Shown in pieces: positions 60,701 through 64,000 of a DNA stretch of 64,000 nucleotides (within the stretch, counting starts at the first letter, position 1; each line of letters starts with the position of its first letter). The translations under genes were made by a program, and so were the position numbers. Origin of the DNA: Phaeosaccion multiseriatum (lineage: Eukaryota > Protista > Ochrophyta, other classes). Where the stretch lies: positions 1,116,001-1,180,000 of the forward strand of contig OZ218964.1 of the NCBI GenBank assembly GCA_965112735.1. The letters are read 5' to 3'. The notes beneath the pieces were generated by a model. The model was not told where the DNA came from. It saw only the letters and a program-made list of their open reading frames with translations, and did no database searches.

Positions 60701-63296
60701 CCATCGTAGCAGCGCTGAGGGGTGCTAAGGTTCTTGGGCACAGGTGCCCCCGAAGCAGCGCCGGTGCCACAGTAGAAGCCGAGGGGGCAAGTGATGGGCT
60801 GCTCGGCAAAGACGGAGGTGTTGGGGGTGTGCTCGAGAAGGAAGCGGCCGTACTCGGGGCTTGAGCGCTCTTGCCAGGCCCAGGAGGACCCATCCAGGCT
60901 GGCGGTGAAGTTGAGTTCGACGGCCCCACTCTCCACGTGCACAGTCCACACCTGCTGCTGTTCTTCTTCTCCTTCTCCTCCTTGAACCGGGTCAGGATAA
61001 TCGGCGAGCGAGGCGTTGAGCAGAGACACCACCGAAGCCGTTTTGGTGCCCGTTCGGCAGAAGTGGCCCCGAGGACAAGGCTTCTCTGGTGTTCGCAGGC
61101 CTGGAGTATCGCAAACAAAGCCCGCGGGGCAAATGACCGGCTTGGATAGCCCAAAGTCCGGGCAGATGAAGCCCACAGGGCAAAGGAGGCAGGAGGGGGC
61201 ACCAGCAGAGGGCTGGAAAGTACCCGGCTCGCACAAGGTGAAGTTGGAGAGGAAGTTTCCGCCTCCGTAAGTTGCCATCGCTCCGTCCGCAGCATGCTCT
61301 CCATCCCGCCCGCTCCTCGCATTGGCGACTCCGGCGTACGTCCCGTTGGGAGCCGCCATGGAGTGCCTTCCTCCCGGGGGTACGTAAAACCCGGGTTTCG
61401 CCTCGTCCACGTAGGTGACACTCACACCGCAACTGGTGTAGTCGAGTCCGTTAACGGTTACCTCCAAGGCGAAAGCGCCGAGAGAGCGCTGCAATAAGGG
61501 TTGGGAAGCATGGCTGGGGGCGATGCAGGCAAGTACATGAGGGGTGATGAAGGTGGCGCGCACCGGCACGCTGCCAACCAAGCAGCCCAGAGACGTTGTG
61601 TTGACAAAGTTCGCCCCCTTGACAAAGAGGGCAACACCACCTTCCTCCAGCACCTCGTTAGGCATCACCGAGTGCACACTAGGATCGGTCACATAGAGGA
61701 AGTGGTGCTGCCCCCGACTCTGCTCCCGTCCCTGCCCCTCCAAGGAGGAGGAGGAGAAGTCTCTCCCATTGTTGGTAACCTCCAGGCTGACGAGTCCCGG
61801 CTCGTGCGGTGGAGCGGCACACAGAATCGTCGAATTGGAGACCCAAGTCGCTCGGGAAGACGCCGAGCCGCTCCCTTGATTGGCACCGAAGCGACAAGCC
61901 AAGTCCACGCTCTGCTCAAACCCACTGCCGTGGATCGTCACCACAGTGCCGCCCTCCACTGAGGGGCCGAGCAGAGGCCATACTGAGGCAATCTCTACAG
62001 GGGGCATGAAGGTGAAGGTGAGACCAGAGAAGCTGTAGTCCATGCCGCCGTTGAGGGTCAGCTCCAGGGGGTAGGTACCCGCGGCGTGGGGGGGAGCCTT
62101 ACACAGCACCGCGGAGGATGAGAGGAGGATGGCCTCTGAGTCAGTGGCGTCATCGAATCTGCACCGAAGCAGCTTCTTGCTGTTGACGTTGTCGTCACTG
62201 TCGTCAGTTGCGTCCACAAAATTACGCCCTGTCACGAGTACCTCCGTACCCACGGGCCCGCGCGGTGGGTTGGCCGCATGTAGCTCCACTTGTTGGTGAT
62301 ACGTAAACGTCGCCTGTGTGTAGGACGGAGGAGCGAAGGTGACATTGTTGTTGCTCACCGCCACCGTCACCACGTTGGATAGCGCTCCCGGGGGCCGGGG
62401 GGGCGACAGGCAAACCACGGAATGCCCTGCGGGGTCCACCGAGAGGGCCCGAACGGTGGCGGAACTCCCCGAGCCGAAGCGACACACGACATTGGCTTCT
62501 GATTCCGTCACGCCCGTACCAAAGTGGTTCCCCGTGACGGTGACACGCGTATAGCCCGAGGGGGGCCCGAGCGGGGGCGAGAGGGACACCACGGAAGGGT
62601 CTTCGGTGAAGGAGAAGCGATGTCCGCTGGAAGAGAAGGTCACGCCGTTGCTGCTCACCTCCAGGATGGCGTTTCCGGGTCGGTGTACAGGCGCGACGCA
62701 TCGCAGCACTTGCTCGCTCTGAAACACGGCTCGGACAAAGGTCGTCGTCGTCGAAGAAGAAGAAGGCGAAGGGGATGGCACCATAATGCCACCACCACCA
62801 CCACCACCACCACCACCACCAAGACCACCATTCCCGCTGCCGATGGAAGTGAACGCGCAGGTGAGATTGGCGGTATTGGTGAAGTTGAGACCCTTCACCA
62901 CAATCTCCGTGGCGCCGCTGCTGGCGGGCACCCTGTGGGGGGCAACGCCCAACACCTTTGGCATGGGAAGAGCGGTGGCTTGAGCACGGCTACTCGTCCA
63001 GTCTCCCGTCAAGGCGTCGCCAACCTCCACGTGTATGCCCAACGGGCTCACGTGCAGCGAGTCCAGCGAGGGAGGGACGAGGCACTTGATCACGACCTCT
63101 CCCTCCTCATTACTGCCACCGCCGGAGATGATCGTCCGTTCCACCAAGCCCCGGGACACGAGTGGAGCGGGCTGCCCCAATCCAAGACTAGTTCGACTAG
63201 TCAGTCCTCCTTCCAGTCCTACTGCCGGTTCGTATCTACAGATGGCCACCTCAGCTGTTCCGTTGTCGGTGTCAGGACTGCTGCCGCTGCTGCCGC

Positions 63297-63330
<34 letters not shown>

Positions 63331-63918
63331 GCTGCTGCTTCCGAACCAAGACGAGAGGGTGACGGGGTAAACCCCTCTGCCCGAGGTGACACCTTCCGAC
63401 AGAGCCCGTTGCGTCCAGGAGGGAGTGGTAACTCGAGGGAGGGGTTGGAAGGTGAAACGGGTCGGCTGAGTGTAGGGCTTTCGCGTACCAGCCGCCACGA
63501 GCAACACATCCACCTCCTCCTCCTCGTCGTCGTTGTCGTCGAATCCAGTCGTCGCCATTGCTGAGTGCGGAGGAGTGATACATCTCACTCGGTCTGTGGA
63601 GAGCAGCAGAGCGGGCACAATGTGGGGACCAAAGGCGCAGAGGGTGTCTTGGCGGCCAATGTTGAAGCCGGTCAGAGTCACCACGGTGCCTCCCGCTGCA
63701 CTCCCACGCGGGGGATGGATGGAAGTGAGCACGGCGAGAGGCTCGAAGGTGAAGCCCAGGGGGGCGCCGCGAGTCACAGGTTGGCCACCTATGGATACAG
63801 TCACACGCACCCCCAGGGGGGCGTTAGTCCATTCGCTGGGCAGAGCAGGGGTGACGCACACAACGCTCGAGGACGACTGCACCGTGCCGTTGCTGTGTAT
63901 CACCAACTGCTCATACTG
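53467..63918 (-). CDS. Giant surface/membrane protein: IPT/TIG domains, Cys-rich GCC2/GCC3 (ephrin-receptor-like) repeats and a multipass TM C-terminal region; CRMP-like; 5' end outside the window
   Basis: Long exons at about 59729-63918, 58082-59501, 57182-57635 and 53467-56832 give more than 3000 aa visible. Repeated IPT pattern (P..G...GGT.VT..G..F...C.FG....C..P...V..NG.D). Many CPxGxYC repeats. About 9-12 hydrophobic segments, then a cytoplasmic tail. Confidence 0.85.
56937..57067. repeat. Tandem duplication of a 66-bp unit in an intron
   Basis: GTCAATTCATTCGGTCATGAGGAGG...CAACATCACA occurs twice with few mismatches. Confidence 0.9.
57764..58003. repeat. Intronic minisatellite, 43-bp unit (52-bp variants at the left end), ~5 copies
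   Basis: ACACATCGGGGGACATGAA recurs at 57799, 57851, 57894, 57937 and 57980. Confidence 0.92.
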
Positions 63919-64000
63919 CTGAGAAGAAGAAGCAGAAGAAGAGGAAGAGGAAGTGAAGGTGCATCGTACTGCCGCGGCCCGGTCAGAGCCCCCTCCTCCT

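Noticed and set aside
1-64000. Transposable elements, viral genes or tRNA genes
   Set aside because: No transposase, reverse transcriptase, integrase, LTR/TIR pair or tRNA cloverleaf was recognised by eye. Small or degenerate elements could have been missed.

Overview
This is intron-rich eukaryotic nuclear DNA with GT-AG introns packed with microsatellites. Signal peptide plus A|F-type bipartite N-termini suggest an ochrophyte alga, possibly eustigmatophyte-like (inference). Most entries in the ORF track are translations of simple repeats. Splicing exons by hand gives about 13 protein genes: a conserved hypothetical protein, a calcineurin-B/NCS-type Ca2+ sensor, an 18-exon fusion protein, a myosin with IQ, EAKAAA-helix and PX tail, a SUT/SLC45 sugar transporter, a GWKGF-ended conserved protein, SERINC, a tandem CCCH (TTP-like) zinc finger protein, a PfkB kinase, DUF1295, a Q-rich hypothetical protein, a DUS1-like enzyme, and a giant IPT/TIG plus Cys-repeat multipass protein. 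Two observations stand out. (1) A ~971-aa protein fuses a dithiol glutaredoxin, a DUF4395-like membrane domain with its own CxxC, a SLAC1/TehA anion channel and a hemerythrin-like di-iron domain; it is a candidate self-contained redox- or gas-gated anion channel. (2) A divergent but structurally compensated 5S rRNA-like sequence sits inside intron 1 of the sugar transporter. All domain calls come from motif recognition, not database searches.
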